From the IMG/VR virus record IMGVR_UViG_3300033804_000029, positions 1,237-65,236 of that record: 64,000 nt of DNA; one strand, given 5' to 3'. Shown one piece after another: positions 36,396-46,305 of this stretch; the stretch's first letter is position 1, and each line of letters starts with the position of its first letter. The DNA is from a virus. The position numbers and the translations under genes are program-made. A model generated the notes under the pieces. That model was not told where the DNA came from. It ran no database searches and saw nothing but the letters and a program-made list of their open reading frames with translations.

Positions 36396-36589
36396 TCTTC
36401 CTCTACCTTACTAATTTTCAACTCTTTTCCCTTCATAAAAACTATTAAATCCCCCACTTTGATTTTCATTTCCTCGGCAATTGGCTTGGGAAAGGGAATA
36501 TAAAGTGCCGCGCCAATTTTCCTGATCCTCCTGGTAACCACATTCCGAAATTTTTCCGGTCCCCGCACATTTTTTTTCTTTAAAACCAT
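36392..36589 (-). CDS. AbrB/MazE-like DNA-binding protein
   Basis: RRIRKIGAALYIPFPK.IAEEMKIKVGD. Confidence 0.75.
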   Translation of the reverse strand: MVLKKKNVRGPEKFRNVVTRRIRKIGAALYIPFPKPIAEEMKIKVGDLIVFMKGKELKISKVEED

Positions 36590-36713
36590 AATCCATTCCT
36601 CAGAAGTTTTTACACAAATACCGCAAGATTTGCTAGGTGTCAAGAACTATTGTAATTTTTTTATCGGTGTGCTTAACCTGAGCCAAATGCCCAGGAAGCC
36701 CTGAGAAATTTTT

Positions 36714-38246
36714 ATGCCTCCGGTTCAATGGATATTCGGCCCCACCATCAACGCCTATATTCACTCCACCGCCCAAATTGTGGCCCTGTTCGGGAAACCG
36801 GGGACCCATAAGACTTTTGCAAGCATTCAGGCGCTCTTAAACTTCGGGAGACGCTGTGGCCAGCGCATCCGCGGTTTTATTGTCCGGGATACCTTAAAAA
36901 ATATCAGCATCAGTCTCGTTCCCGCCTTCCACGAATTTTTCCGAAATGCTCCAGGCGCCATCAAATTTTCTGATGAAGACCGCAAATTAATCATCAACAT
37001 TGACTACGGCTTCGAACTTGACCTCTTCGGGGTTAATGATCCGGCCGATATGCAGCGCCTACAGGGGGCTTCGGCATGGTCATTCGGCTGGATCAATGAC
37101 CCGGCGCCTATGGTGGAGAGGGCCAACGCCGGCGTCCCGGAAGACGCCTATGAGCACGCGGCCTACCGCGCTACCCGGGCGGACGGCACTCCGAGCCGGC
37201 TCCAGATCGACCTGAACTATGTCGAGGAAAACCACTGGACCTTCCGGCGGCTGGTGATGGAGCCGGACATCGACCCGGCGGCCCCGGACATCCGCAAGGA
37301 AGTCTTTCATGTGGGCGATGAAGAAGACGCCACCATGAACGAGGAATCCAAGCAGATGGCCCGGCGGGTCTTCAAGAGCGAGGCGGCCCGGGCCCGCTAT
37401 GTGGAAGGCCGCTATGCCGAATTTCGGCCTGGTATTAACGTCACTCCGGCCTATGAGAGGGAAAAGCATCTGTGCCCCTCGGAAATCTGGCCGGAAGACG
37501 GGCTCACCTGCTTCGCCTTTTTTGACGGCTGGCACAATCCTTCCTGCGTCCTGGGCCAGATCAGCAAATCTAATCGGCTGATCTATCTGGACACCCTGCG
37601 CCTGGAAGGGGCGGCCATAGATACTCTTCTTACCACGCAACTTGGACCTTTACTTCGCAGCCCCAAGTGGAAGGACATCAAGAATAGCTCCTGGCGCATC
37701 GGGGGGGACTGGTCCATGGCTATCCCCGATCAAGGGACCAGGACCAATAGCGCCGCCCAAAGAGTAGAGGAGTTTTTCAGGCGCTTCGTCCGTGGATTCC
37801 CGCCGAGTTTTGAAAAAGGCCCCAAAGCCTGGCACGAGCGGGAGACTGCGGCCAATTACTGGCTGATCCAGAACAACGCCAAAGGCGCCCCGATGATCTA
37901 TCTGTCGAACAGCAATCACTTACTGGATAAGGGATTGAGCGGCGCCTGGCATTTCAAGGTGGACAACTCCAATAACCGGCTGGGTACTGAGCCGGTGAAC
38001 GACTCCATCTCGCACGTCTGCGAGGCCTGGGTCAACTCGGTTTATGTTTTGCTGGGTGAGGTCAGCACCAAAGTAAACAAAGGGAGCGTGCGGCGCCAGG
38101 CCGAACTAATGAGGCGCCGGGCCGAAAGTTACGGCTATGGGCCGGTGCGGGGCAGGCAACCCTGGGAGAAACCGAAAAGAGATGGCAATCAAGATAGAAA
38201 CCTCCGGCTACAAGCGCTGGGCAGAGGTAATGATTTTCGACGGTAA
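36714..38246 (+). CDS. terL: Terminase large subunit
   Basis: ALFGKPGTHKT Walker A-like, IVRDTL, ARYVEG.Y, FFDG..PS.V.GQ nuclease start, SHVCEA. Confidence 0.8.
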   Translation: MPPVQWIFGPTINAYIHSTAQIVALFGKPGTHKTFASIQALLNFGRRCGQRIRGFIVRDTLKNISISLVPAFHEFFRNAPGAIKFSDEDRKLIINIDYGFELDLFGVNDPADMQRLQGASAWSFGWINDPAPMVERANAGVPEDAYEHAAYRATRADGTPSRLQIDLNYVEENHWTFRRLVMEPDIDPAAPDIRKEVFHVGDEEDATMNEESKQMARRVFKSEAARARYVEGRYAEFRPGINVTPAYEREKHLCPSEIWPEDGLTCFAFFDGWHNPSCVLGQISKSNRLIYLDTLRLEGAAIDTLLTTQLGPLLRSPKWKDIKNSSWRIGGDWSMAIPDQGTRTNSAAQRVEEFFRRFVRGFPPSFEKGPKAWHERETAANYWLIQNNAKGAPMIYLSNSNHLLDKGLSGAWHFKVDNSNNRLGTEPVNDSISHVCEAWVNSVYVLLGEVSTKVNKGSVRRQAELMRRRAESYGYGPVRGRQPWEKPKRDGNQDRNLRLQALGRGNDFRR

Positions 38247-38466
38247 GGACCGGGAGGGCAAGAAATTTGGCCGCCAGGGCTTCCGAAACACCCTTACCGG
38301 CCAGATGGTGGCTCCAGAGGAAGGTTGGGACGGGGAGCCCCCAGAGAAGGACCACGGCGATCTGGCCTGCGTTATCAGCGCCTCGGAAAAGTATAGACAA
38401 AATTATGACAAGATAAATTGGGAACGTCCATGCTCGGAATCGGCCAACCTACAGAAAGGGAATTGA
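38182..38466 (+). CDS. Hypothetical protein
   Basis: SEKYRQNYDKINW motif. Confidence 0.5.
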   Translation: MAIKIETSGYKRWAEVMIFDGKDREGKKFGRQGFRNTLTGQMVAPEEGWDGEPPEKDHGDLACVISASEKYRQNYDKINWERPCSESANLQKGN

Positions 38467-38625
38467 ATTGCGAGGCTAGGGCGAAGCTATGGGAAAGCAT
38501 GATCCCCTTTTTTGAACAGGATTTCGATAAGTTGGAAGCAAAATTATTCCCCAAAAAGAAGATTCCCAAATGGCTCAGAAATGCCTCCCCGCCAGTGCTG
38601 CGGGCTTACGGATTTTAGGCTGAAT

Positions 38626-39684
38626 ATGCAACGCCGCTGTAATGAACATCGCTTGCCGGAACCCTGCTTTTACTGTGAAAGGGGTATGGGACCATTCCAA
38701 GGTTATACCGAAAGAATCGAGGCTCTGGAATATCGGATGCGGTCCCTGGAGATGGGCAATCACACTTTATTGAATTTTAATCCTCGCCGGACCAATATGG
38801 TCATCCGTATGGGGGGGATAGGTGATCTTGTTATACTATCCGCCAGTTTGCGGGCTCTAAAAGAGAAGGAACCCTGGCGGCCCCTAGTGCTAGCTACCCT
38901 TCATCAAAACCTGGAGGTGCTGGCGGGGGCAGATTATCTGGACGCAATCATCCCTATCACTAACTGGAACGGTGCCAGTTTCCATCGGCTCTATGATCTG
39001 CGCTGGAAAGTGGAGCCGCCTGGGATCGGGGAGGGGAAACTGCCTTGGCTGGATTACTGTACCCGTGACCGCTCGGATGTCTTCGATGATCTTATGGAGA
39101 TCAAGAGAGACAGCAAGGCCAAAACCTTCGGTTTGTCTGTAAACCACGAATCTCTTCAGGCAGCCTATAAGCTGATGAAAGAGTTTAAGCATCCCTGGAT
39201 CGCCCTTGCCCCTACTTGCAAGTCGGCGGCTCGTAGCTTGCCCTTGAAGTATATCCGGCCTCTAATGGCTGGTCTGAAGAAAAAATATGAGGGAACCTTA
39301 ATCGTCCTGGGGAAGGCCGAGGTGCTTTTTGGTCCCCTTAAGAATCTTGGTGGTCGCAATGTGGTCAATCTGCTGGACCAACTGACTATCCCGGAGATGA
39401 TGGCTCTTATCTCCATCATGGATGCGGTAATCAGCGTGGACAGCGCGCCTGTACATATCGCCGGCGCCTTGGGAGTCAAGTGCCTAGCCTTATTTGGCAA
39501 CATCGATCCCAAAACCAGAGTAAGCTACTACCCCACTGTTAAACCGCTCTGGTTTCAAAATCTTCCTTGCATCCCCTGTTGGGATAAGACTGATAAATGC
39601 GAGCGCAAAATAGAAGAGGTCGGGGCTCCCTGTATGAAACAGTTTACTCCGCAACGGATTATCGAGGCCTTCGAATGTGCGTAG
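38626..39684 (+). CDS. Glycosyltransferase family 9 (heptosyltransferase-like)
   Basis: IRMGGIGDLV, ISVDSAPVHIAGALG..LALFG, C.PCW..CM. Confidence 0.9.
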   Translation: MQRRCNEHRLPEPCFYCERGMGPFQGYTERIEALEYRMRSLEMGNHTLLNFNPRRTNMVIRMGGIGDLVILSASLRALKEKEPWRPLVLATLHQNLEVLAGADYLDAIIPITNWNGASFHRLYDLRWKVEPPGIGEGKLPWLDYCTRDRSDVFDDLMEIKRDSKAKTFGLSVNHESLQAAYKLMKEFKHPWIALAPTCKSAARSLPLKYIRPLMAGLKKKYEGTLIVLGKAEVLFGPLKNLGGRNVVNLLDQLTIPEMMALISIMDAVISVDSAPVHIAGALGVKCLALFGNIDPKTRVSYYPTVKPLWFQNLPCIPCWDKTDKCERKIEEVGAPCMKQFTPQRIIEAFECA

Positions 39685-39692
39685 AGGAAAAG

Positions 39693-40394
39693 ATGAGCCT
39701 GGAGAATAAGATAACCGCCATATTGGTGAGCTACAATAGTGAGGATTTGTTGGCGAACACCCTTTTATCACTCAGGCGTCATTATCCTGAGGTTCCCCTG
39801 ATTATCGTAGATGGGTCAGCACCGGATAATTCCTGCCGTAAATTTTTGGAGACTATGAAAGACTCCTTTATTACAAAGGTTTTTGCTGACCATAACATCG
39901 GCCATGGACGAGGGATGTGTTTAGGATTGGAACGATGCTTCACCCCTTTTGCCCTCTTACTTGACTCTGATGTTACAGTCCATGAACCCATCCTGGAAGG
40001 AATGCTTGAAATGATGGAGCCGGACACCTTTGGAGTAGGTTGTCTTCATAATATCGGTCTTGATGGGCACATATTTGGAATACATGAAGGACACCGAAGC
40101 CAGCAACCCATCCCCTATCTGCACCCCTTTTTTGCCTTGATAAATTTAGAGAACTACCGACATTACCATCCTTTTGTTCATCACGGAGCCCCCTGCTACA
40201 AAACTATGATCGACATTTACAACCGGGGGCTTTCTAAGAAAATCTTGAAGCAATTCCCTGGCCTCCATCATTCCGGCGGGGAACTTAACGGCGGTAACGG
40301 TCCGGGGCCGGTAGAGCATCGGATGAAGGGCACCCGCAAGATCATAGTTGAGGAATCGCAGGGCAGGATGGATATTCTGGGAGGATGGCAATAA
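39693..40394 (+). CDS. Glycosyltransferase family 2
   Basis: ILVSYNS, IIVDGS, NIGHGRGM, LLDSD. Confidence 0.85.
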   Translation: MSLENKITAILVSYNSEDLLANTLLSLRRHYPEVPLIIVDGSAPDNSCRKFLETMKDSFITKVFADHNIGHGRGMCLGLERCFTPFALLLDSDVTVHEPILEGMLEMMEPDTFGVGCLHNIGLDGHIFGIHEGHRSQQPIPYLHPFFALINLENYRHYHPFVHHGAPCYKTMIDIYNRGLSKKILKQFPGLHHSGGELNGGNGPGPVEHRMKGTRKIIVEESQGRMDILGGWQ

Positions 40395-41125
40395 TGATCA
40401 TCCATCTCTACACCTTCTGCTGGAATGAAGCCTTTATGATCCCCTTCTTTTTGAGGCATTATCAGAAGGTCGTAGATAAGATCGTGGTTTACGACAACGA
40501 ATCAAATGACAATTCAGTCGAACTTCTTTCCAAGCATGAAAAAGTATTAATGCGATCTTACAGTACCAATGGCGAATTTATTGATGGGACGCAACGCATG
40601 ATGCGTAATCAAGAGTGGAAAAAATCAAGGGGCAAAGCCGATTGGGTTATGCTGCCTGATATGGATGAGTTTCTTTATTATCCACAGGGATTGCAAGTGT
40701 TGCTAGACATGGCAGAGGCACAGGGTATCACCGCACTTGTCCCGGAAGGCTTTGAAATGATTTCCGAAACCCTGCCGGATTCACGGCTTCCTATGCTGGA
40801 GCAAGTCCGGTTTGGGGTGAAATCTACCTTGTACGATAAACCCGTGGTCTTCAAACCGGATTCAATTCAAGAGATGAATTTCCACGCCGGAGCCCACGGA
40901 GCAGACCCCATTGGAAATGTTAAGAGAGCCTACATCCCAGGCTTTCAGCTTCGGCATTTTAAATATCTCTCTTATGAACGCTACTCATCCCGAGCTAAAG
41001 TGCTTTTGGCAAGAGCTAATCAGAGCGAAAAAGATCAGGGATGCCATTGTCATCATTATAGTGATGATCAGAAATTGAGTTCCCACTTTAATTTGATGTT
41101 GTCCCAGGCTCAGGAGTTGTTGTGA
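40385..41125 (+). CDS. Glycosyltransferase (GT-A, family 2-like)
   Basis: WNEA.MIPFFLRHY, VYDNES.D, DWVM..DMDEF, L.HFKY. Confidence 0.85.
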   Translation: MAIMIIHLYTFCWNEAFMIPFFLRHYQKVVDKIVVYDNESNDNSVELLSKHEKVLMRSYSTNGEFIDGTQRMMRNQEWKKSRGKADWVMLPDMDEFLYYPQGLQVLLDMAEAQGITALVPEGFEMISETLPDSRLPMLEQVRFGVKSTLYDKPVVFKPDSIQEMNFHAGAHGADPIGNVKRAYIPGFQLRHFKYLSYERYSSRAKVLLARANQSEKDQGCHCHHYSDDQKLSSHFNLMLSQAQELL

Positions 41126-41694
41126 TGGAAAGATGTGATGTAATTAACTATTTGATCAATAAATACAATTATAAATCATTTCTGGAAATAGGAACAGGAC
41201 CGGGGACTTTTCCTAGAATAATCTGTGAGGAGAAGTTTGGAGTGGACCCCGACCCGGCTACGAATCCAACCTATCTTATGACAAGCGATCAGTTTTTTGC
41301 AGAAAACCATCGTAAATTTGACATTATTTTTATTGATGGACTTCATCACGAGGAGCAGGTAACAAGAGATATTTTAAACAGTTTGCAATGCCTGAATCGT
41401 AACGGAACCATCGTAGTCCATGATTGTTTTCCTAAATCTGAAATAGCGCAAAGAGTTCCGAGAGAAGTAGAATGGTGGAACGGCGATGTCTGGAAAGCCT
41501 GGATGAAGTTCCGGATCTACCCTTACAAAATGTTCGTGGTCAACGAAGACGAAGGCTGCGGTATCATCCGCAACGATGGAAACAGCCAAAAGACTTTTAA
41601 ACCATTACTGCCTTTAACATATAATAACTTAGTTATTAATGCTAAAGAATGGCTCAACCTGATTTCTTGGGAAGAGTTTAAGGAATTATTGTGA
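41122..41694 (+). CDS. Class I SAM methyltransferase (Methyltransf_24-like)
   Basis: FLEIG, GVDP, FDIIFIDGLH, GTIVVHD, WNGDVWKA. Confidence 0.9.
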   Translation: MMERCDVINYLINKYNYKSFLEIGTGPGTFPRIICEEKFGVDPDPATNPTYLMTSDQFFAENHRKFDIIFIDGLHHEEQVTRDILNSLQCLNRNGTIVVHDCFPKSEIAQRVPREVEWWNGDVWKAWMKFRIYPYKMFVVNEDEGCGIIRNDGNSQKTFKPLLPLTYNNLVINAKEWLNLISWEEFKELL

Positions 41695-42338
41695 AAACAT
41701 TGCTTTTCGCTACGATGTATTTACAGAAAAACACTTGTTGGCTGCGGTACTCCATTTGGCTGGAATATTCCAGGAAAGATTACCAGAACATGGGCATTTC
41801 CCATATTTTGCTACTGGATGACGGCAGCGATGAAAAACAGTTAAAGAAGTTAGACCTCCCGATTTATCGGGAATTGCCGGAAGAGTTACCAAAGGCTTCC
41901 ATTTTTACTTTCAGCACCCATCTAGGCCGCCCGGAACACCACAACTTTCTGGGCTGGTGGCGGAGTTTCCTCTTGACTCCAGTTTTGGCTGAACGGTACG
42001 GCTTCGATAAGCTCTTACACATCGAGTCCGACGCCTATGTGCTTTCCCAGCAACTACGCGACTACCTAGCCAAAGTTTCTTCCGGCTGGACTGCCCTTTG
42101 GTGTCCTCATTATGAAATGCCTGAGACTGCCATTCAGGTGATTTGCCGAGACCAGTTCAATAAAATGAAAGATTTTGTCCCACCGCCTAACACAGATCCG
42201 GAGATGTGCTTGCCGTTTACCTGCGTCAACAAGGATTTCATCGGGGATCGATACGGGGAATATGGCCCAAATTCACCTCTTAATATTGATTATTATTGTC
42301 AAAGAGGAGGTCACGATGCCTGCCGGGGAGTTGCATGA
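41691..42338 (+). CDS. Putative GT-A glycosyltransferase-like protein
   Basis: LLDDGS, GWWRSF, HIESDA (DxD-like). Confidence 0.55.
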   Translation: MKTLLFATMYLQKNTCWLRYSIWLEYSRKDYQNMGISHILLLDDGSDEKQLKKLDLPIYRELPEELPKASIFTFSTHLGRPEHHNFLGWWRSFLLTPVLAERYGFDKLLHIESDAYVLSQQLRDYLAKVSSGWTALWCPHYEMPETAIQVICRDQFNKMKDFVPPPNTDPEMCLPFTCVNKDFIGDRYGEYGPNSPLNIDYYCQRGGHDACRGVA

Positions 42339-43099
42339 AAAACCCGATAGACATAACCCAACTTCTTTCATTTGAAATTAGTACCGAATGTAATCTAAAG
42401 GAAATCCACAAAAATATATGTCCCATCGGCAAAAGAGAAAAAACCGGCAGAAGGCGACTTAATGGAAATAAAATACTATCTGTTCTGAAAGATGCTTATG
42501 ATCTTGGTTTTGGCGGATATATCACCTTTCATTATTATAATGAACCAATGGTGACAGCTTATAAGATGTTCAAGTTAATGGACAGCATAAGAAACCAGCA
42601 TCCCCAAAGCCGCTTCTTCCTGTGGACTAACGGGACCATCTTAATAAAGGACCGGCATTTACAATGGTTCGAGAAAACCTATGTGAGCAATTATTTTCAC
42701 ATACCGGCGGAAGTACTGGGGCAGTTTTTCAGTGGTTTGATCGTGGGTCAGGGAAATGACCACTTAGACAGCCGCCTCTTCAGAAGCGACGGAGAGATAA
42801 CCGATGATCCCTGCCAGATGGTTTTGCACGAATTGCCTATCAACAATCAGGGCGATGCCCATCTTTGCTGCTATGATTGGCGAAACGAGGTCAAGCTAGG
42901 GAACGTCTTTGATGATTCCCTGGAACAGATAGCAGAACGGAAATGGAAAATTGCCAAGACCATAATCCACCGGATGGATGATACTTCTCCTGCGGTGTGC
43001 AGGTCATGCAAGTTTAAGCGTCCAATGTTCAACTTTGATTCGGATATTTATTCTAAGGCATTGGAAAGAATAAGCAGGGGAAATGATGGAGCCTCCTGA
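42335..43099 (+). CDS. Radical SAM / SPASM domain protein with atypical cluster motif
   Basis: EISTECNL..H...CP, FHYYNEP, TNG, G...LCC.DW..LGNV, CRSC. Confidence 0.75.
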   Translation: MKNPIDITQLLSFEISTECNLKEIHKNICPIGKREKTGRRRLNGNKILSVLKDAYDLGFGGYITFHYYNEPMVTAYKMFKLMDSIRNQHPQSRFFLWTNGTILIKDRHLQWFEKTYVSNYFHIPAEVLGQFFSGLIVGQGNDHLDSRLFRSDGEITDDPCQMVLHELPINNQGDAHLCCYDWRNEVKLGNVFDDSLEQIAERKWKIAKTIIHRMDDTSPAVCRSCKFKRPMFNFDSDIYSKALERISRGNDGAS

Positions 43100-43262
43100 C
43101 CCCATGCGCTGTCCCCGGTGCGGCGGGAAAAAGCAGTTTCCCGGAGCCAAGCTCTGCCAATTATGCAACGAGAGCCAGGGGGTTCTGGGCTGTTGGTATC
43201 CTAAAAGGCTGCTGCGAAGATTCGGCGGGACGGAGCAGCGGCGTCAAGATTTTGCGGAGTAA
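43083..43262 (+). CDS. Small Zn-finger protein
   Basis: CPRCG...LCQLC. Confidence 0.45.
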   Translation: MMEPPDPMRCPRCGGKKQFPGAKLCQLCNESQGVLGCWYPKRLLRRFGGTEQRRQDFAE

Positions 43263-43274
43263 AAGGAGAAGACC

Positions 43275-43481
43275 ATGCCAGCGGAAAGCAAGAAACAACG
43301 GAAGTTCATGGGGATGGTCCACGCGGTTCAGACCGGACAGATAGCCGCTCCCAGCCGGGAAGTGGCAAAGGTGGCCCGGACCATGAAAAAGTCGGATGCG
43401 GCGGAATTTGCCAGGACTAAGGAAAAAGGTCTGCCGGTCAAGAAGACCCATACCGGTCATCTGACCAAGAAGAATTTTTAG
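43275..43481 (+). CDS. DUF3008-like small basic protein
   Basis: MPAESKKQRKFMG..EFARTK.KGLP. Confidence 0.75.
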   Translation: MPAESKKQRKFMGMVHAVQTGQIAAPSREVAKVARTMKKSDAAEFARTKEKGLPVKKTHTGHLTKKNF

Positions 43482-43489
43482 GAGGGCTT

Positions 43490-43747
43490 ATGCCCAACGG
43501 GGTTGGCGAATGGCTCCGGGGAAAACTCACCCCGAATTTTGTCAAGCGGGTTCAACACACACTGGAGGGTCGGCCTGATGTAAAGGGCGCGCCAACCGGG
43601 ACGCCAAGAGGACAGACTAAAGTTCCGACTCCGCCGACCAAGGCGGCCCAGCCCCAAATGGGCTATGGCCGGGACGCCGCCGGGAATCTGGTGCGGGTGC
43701 CGATTAAGCAGACTCCCACGGGAGATTTGTCCATTAAGAAATTTTAG
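43490..43747 (+). CDS. Small basic protein with TPTGDLSIKKF C-terminus
   Basis: GGAGG RBS; shared terminal motif. Confidence 0.65.
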   Translation: MPNGVGEWLRGKLTPNFVKRVQHTLEGRPDVKGAPTGTPRGQTKVPTPPTKAAQPQMGYGRDAAGNLVRVPIKQTPTGDLSIKKF

Positions 43748-43760
43748 TGAGAAGAAGATT

Positions 43761-43958
43761 ATGGCTAATGAAAGAGCAAGTTATGGTCCTGGGGGCAAGG
43801 CCGCTTTTGAAGAACGCCATGCCAAAGCAATTAAGCGTCAGGAAGCCCGAATGGCTGCAAAAAAGACGGCAACTAGTGCTGTGACAGGAGCTGCCGTAGG
43901 AGCAACAGTACCCCTACTGAAAACTCCTACTGGAGATTTATCCATCAAGAAATTTTAG
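43761..43958 (+). CDS. Small basic protein with TPTGDLSIKKF C-terminus
   Basis: Shared terminal motif. Confidence 0.65.
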   Translation: MANERASYGPGGKAAFEERHAKAIKRQEARMAAKKTATSAVTGAAVGATVPLLKTPTGDLSIKKF

Positions 43959-43966
43959 AGGAAGCA

Positions 43967-45952
43967 ATGGCCGTTAACGCTCCTACAGACCCGACTGAAG
44001 AAATCCGCCGTTTGCGCACCCGGCTGGAGGTGGATAGTGCCAAGCCTCCAGAGATGGACGAAAAGGAACTGGCGGAGCGGGAGGAGGCGACCCAGGCTTA
44101 CGCCGGGGAGGATGAGCAGCACTTCGTCAACTTCCTCAACGACTGCGTGAAGATGTCCCGGGATTCCATGACCGATATCCGCTATGAGCAGGCGGAGTGC
44201 TGGGATGTCTTCAACGAAAAGGAGCCGATCAACTACCAGTGGAAGGAAGCCTGGCAGGCCCGGGTGGTTTTGCCCAAGCCTTATATCTACGGGCTTACTT
44301 TCGTGGCGGTGATCCGCAAGGCCTACGACCCGCAATTTCTCTCCATCGAGAACGAGCAGGATCAAGAGTCGGCCGATTTTATCCGCCGGTTTATGACCCT
44401 GATGCTCTCCAAGTCCATGAGCAATTTCCCCATAAACTTCACCGACGCCACCTGCATGGGCATGGCGGTGGGCCAGAGCATGGAGATGATCCCCATGTGG
44501 CGCCCCGGTGTCGGGCCTTACTGGGAATTGATCGAGCCGTGGAAGATCCACCGGGACCCGGACTCCCTCAGTCGGCAATCGCAGTCCGGGATGTACTGGA
44601 TCCATGAGGAATGGCTGGACTATTACGATCTCAAGGAGATGGAGGGAAAGGGGATCCTTAGCAATCTCCAGGATTGCGGCCCCGGCGGGCAATGGGGCAA
44701 TCCCAAAAGCGATATAAATATTGATCCCAGTGAATTGAAACGGCGCCGGGACATGCTTTATCAGCAATCATCCTATCGCACCAAGGTCCTGACTTCGGAA
44801 TTCTTCGGCACCGTCCTGGACCGCCGGGGCCACCTGCTGCTTCCCAGCGCCACTTATTGGGTGGTGGCCGACCGGGTGGTGCGTTTGCCGAAAAGAACTC
44901 AATATCCCAGTCTGCGCTGGCCCGGGACGGGTTTCGCTCCCCTGCCGCATCTGTTGCGGTTTGATGGCCGCTCACTGCTCACCGGCTTAAAAAGCCTGTG
45001 GTACGCCATGTGTAACCTTTTTTCCCTGCACCTGGACGATCTCAACTGGACGGTGAATCCCCAGAAGGAAATGTCCATCCGGCGCTTGGTGGACCAGGAG
45101 GACCTGGACGATTACCCCGGCAAAATCTGGCTGGTCCTGGAAACGGAGCAGGGCCAGCAGGTTATCCGCACCATAGATCGCAAGAGCACCACCGGCGATA
45201 TTCTGGCGAACTTGAAGTACGGCGACCAGACCTTCCAGTTAGGGGGCGGGGTAACTTACGCCCTCCAAGGCTTGCCAGATTTCCGGGCCATGGTGACCGC
45301 CCGGGAATCGGCGCAAAACCTGGAGCAATCCAATACGGTCATGTCACTGGCGGCGGAAAATCTGGATGACGGCGCTCTGGCCGCCATCAATACCCTTTAT
45401 GAAGTCTGCCAGGTCAATATTACCTATTGGGAATTGGCGAGGTGGATGGGTAAAGAGGTCGCCGACCGCTACCGGGCCAAGACCCCCACGGGCTTGCAGC
45501 TTCCTATTCTCAGCAGCGGCTCCTTCAAGGTCAGCGGCGCCTCCAGCCTGCTACGCAACCAGGAAGTCATTAGTAATATTGCGAAACTCGTATTACCGCT
45601 ATGCGAAACCAATCGCATGGGCAAGCTCTTCACTCCTTATCTGGAACCCAAAGGCATCATTAAGGCCATTATCAAACGCACTAATCTGGAAGATGAAGGG
45701 ATCATGGTGAGCGACGAAAAGGCGGAAGAGATTGCCAAAACCCAGCAGGAACAGCAGGACGCCGAAATTTTGGCCCAACAGGAAAAAGACGCGCAAGAAG
45801 CAAGATTGGCGGGGGCCCAAGCGCATGAAGTGGGGGCGGAAGGCGACCGGCATATCGCTCAGGCTGAAGATTATGCGGCTTCCGCGGCGGCAACTACCGT
45901 CGGGGCCGGGGCACCAGCCCCAGAAGCCGCGCCTCCAGGAGGGGCGCAGTAA
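43967..45952 (+). CDS. Portal protein
   Basis: 661 aa, between terL and scaffold/capsid, helical with Gln/Ala-rich C-terminal barrel-like tail. Confidence 0.8.
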   Translation: MAVNAPTDPTEEIRRLRTRLEVDSAKPPEMDEKELAEREEATQAYAGEDEQHFVNFLNDCVKMSRDSMTDIRYEQAECWDVFNEKEPINYQWKEAWQARVVLPKPYIYGLTFVAVIRKAYDPQFLSIENEQDQESADFIRRFMTLMLSKSMSNFPINFTDATCMGMAVGQSMEMIPMWRPGVGPYWELIEPWKIHRDPDSLSRQSQSGMYWIHEEWLDYYDLKEMEGKGILSNLQDCGPGGQWGNPKSDINIDPSELKRRRDMLYQQSSYRTKVLTSEFFGTVLDRRGHLLLPSATYWVVADRVVRLPKRTQYPSLRWPGTGFAPLPHLLRFDGRSLLTGLKSLWYAMCNLFSLHLDDLNWTVNPQKEMSIRRLVDQEDLDDYPGKIWLVLETEQGQQVIRTIDRKSTTGDILANLKYGDQTFQLGGGVTYALQGLPDFRAMVTARESAQNLEQSNTVMSLAAENLDDGALAAINTLYEVCQVNITYWELARWMGKEVADRYRAKTPTGLQLPILSSGSFKVSGASSLLRNQEVISNIAKLVLPLCETNRMGKLFTPYLEPKGIIKAIIKRTNLEDEGIMVSDEKAEEIAKTQQEQQDAEILAQQEKDAQEARLAGAQAHEVGAEGDRHIAQAEDYAASAAATTVGAGAPAPEAAPPGGAQ

Positions 45953-46305
45953 TGGCATTGCTTCGTTCCAGCGGGGTAGAGACGGACATTCGCACCGGCC
46001 GGCCAATGGAGAGAAAGCCAGTGTCCCGGCAGGCAGTGGCGCAGGAACGCCTGAAACGGGCTATCCTGAACGCCTCGGAGATGGCCGCGGACCTGCATCA
46101 GAATAACGCGCTTTTGAAGAAATTGATCGAGCAATATGCCGAGCGCATCCAGGAATTAACCAAGGCTGATCCGGTCTGTCAAACCCTGGGAGCGTTTATT
46201 GATGAAATTATCGCCACCATCGAATGGCGGCCAATATTAGCAGAAAGAGAGGCCCTGCGAGTGGCGGGGCCGCAGTTAGCCAACCTTTATGAAAAAGAGA
46301 CTTAG
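45952..46305 (+). CDS. Hypothetical head-module protein
   Basis: Coupled to the portal stop. Confidence 0.55.
   Translation: MALLRSSGVETDIRTGRPMERKPVSRQAVAQERLKRAILNASEMAADLHQNNALLKKLIEQYAERIQELTKADPVCQTLGAFIDEIIATIEWRPILAEREALRVAGPQLANLYEKET

Noticed and set aside
42316-42375. Strong RBS with a 19-aa mini-ORF overlapping the radical SAM start
   Set aside because: Too short to support, and the ATGA coupling at 42335 explains initiation.
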